Assembly: GCA_964057225.1 (NCBI GenBank) | Contig: OZ059894.1 | Location: forward strand, 4,402,001-4,466,000 | DNA from: Auanema rhodensis | Lineage: Eukaryota > Animalia > Nematoda | Direction of reading: 5' to 3' | Length of the DNA: 64,000 nucleotides | Part shown: one piece after another, positions 63,790-64,000 of the stretch | Numbering within the stretch: position 1 is the first letter of the stretch | Layout: each line of letters starts with the position of its first letter | Program-made: the position numbers and the translations under genes | The notes under the pieces: generated by a model | What the model was told of the DNA's origin: nothing | Databases searched by the model: none | What the model saw: the letters and a program-made list of their open reading frames with translations, nothing else

Positions 63790-64000
63790 ATGCGGATTTT
63801 TAAGCTGCGTCGATCTGTGTTATCAGATTTGCGCTAGCTTAAAAATGCACCGAGATATCAACTGATATAAGTTCACACTTATATCCTCGATTTTCACCCT
63901 GAAGGAATAATTTTTTCGTTGAATAACATTGTCCATCGTCTTTGCCTTGAAAAATGGAATCTAAAAACATCTACTTTTTGCTAAATTATTTTGAAATTTT

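Larger units (their letters stand above)
1..64000. repeat. Satellite DNA array, 351-bp monomer, about 182.6 head-to-tail copies, running off both window edges
   Basis: 'atgcggatttttaagctgcg' recurs at 1, 352, 703, 1054 ... 3161, 6671, 31561, 48411, 60331, 63790. The phase shifts only at the listed indels. No non-satellite sequence or strand switch was seen. Confidence 0.99.

Noticed and set aside
1-64000. CRISPR array
   Set aside because: No unique spacers; the entire 351-bp unit repeats, and there are no cas genes.

Overview
The whole 64-kb window is one uninterrupted head-to-tail tandem array of a 351-bp AT-rich monomer (about 31% GC by hand count of copy 1). It holds 182 complete monomers plus a partial 183rd, all in one orientation, and most differ from each other by about 1-3%. 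This is eukaryotic-type satellite DNA, plausibly (peri)centromeric heterochromatin; I do not recognise the family or species. I see no credible genes, RNA genes, CRISPR array or TE insertions. The single ORF comes from one stop-codon mutation in one monomer. Two things stand out. (1) The monomer is almost fully tiled by inverted repeats that nest into a multi-branch fold-back. (2) Diagnostic SNPs and indels reveal layered higher-order structure: local 2-, 3-, 4-, 7- and 8-mers, dispersed 12-16-monomer duplications, a change in variant set near 41 kb, one 32-bp net deletion with a short insert, and a 17-bp deletion that is being amplified at the right end. Monomer numbers (M1 starts at 1) and within-monomer positions were read by eye and need computational confirmation.
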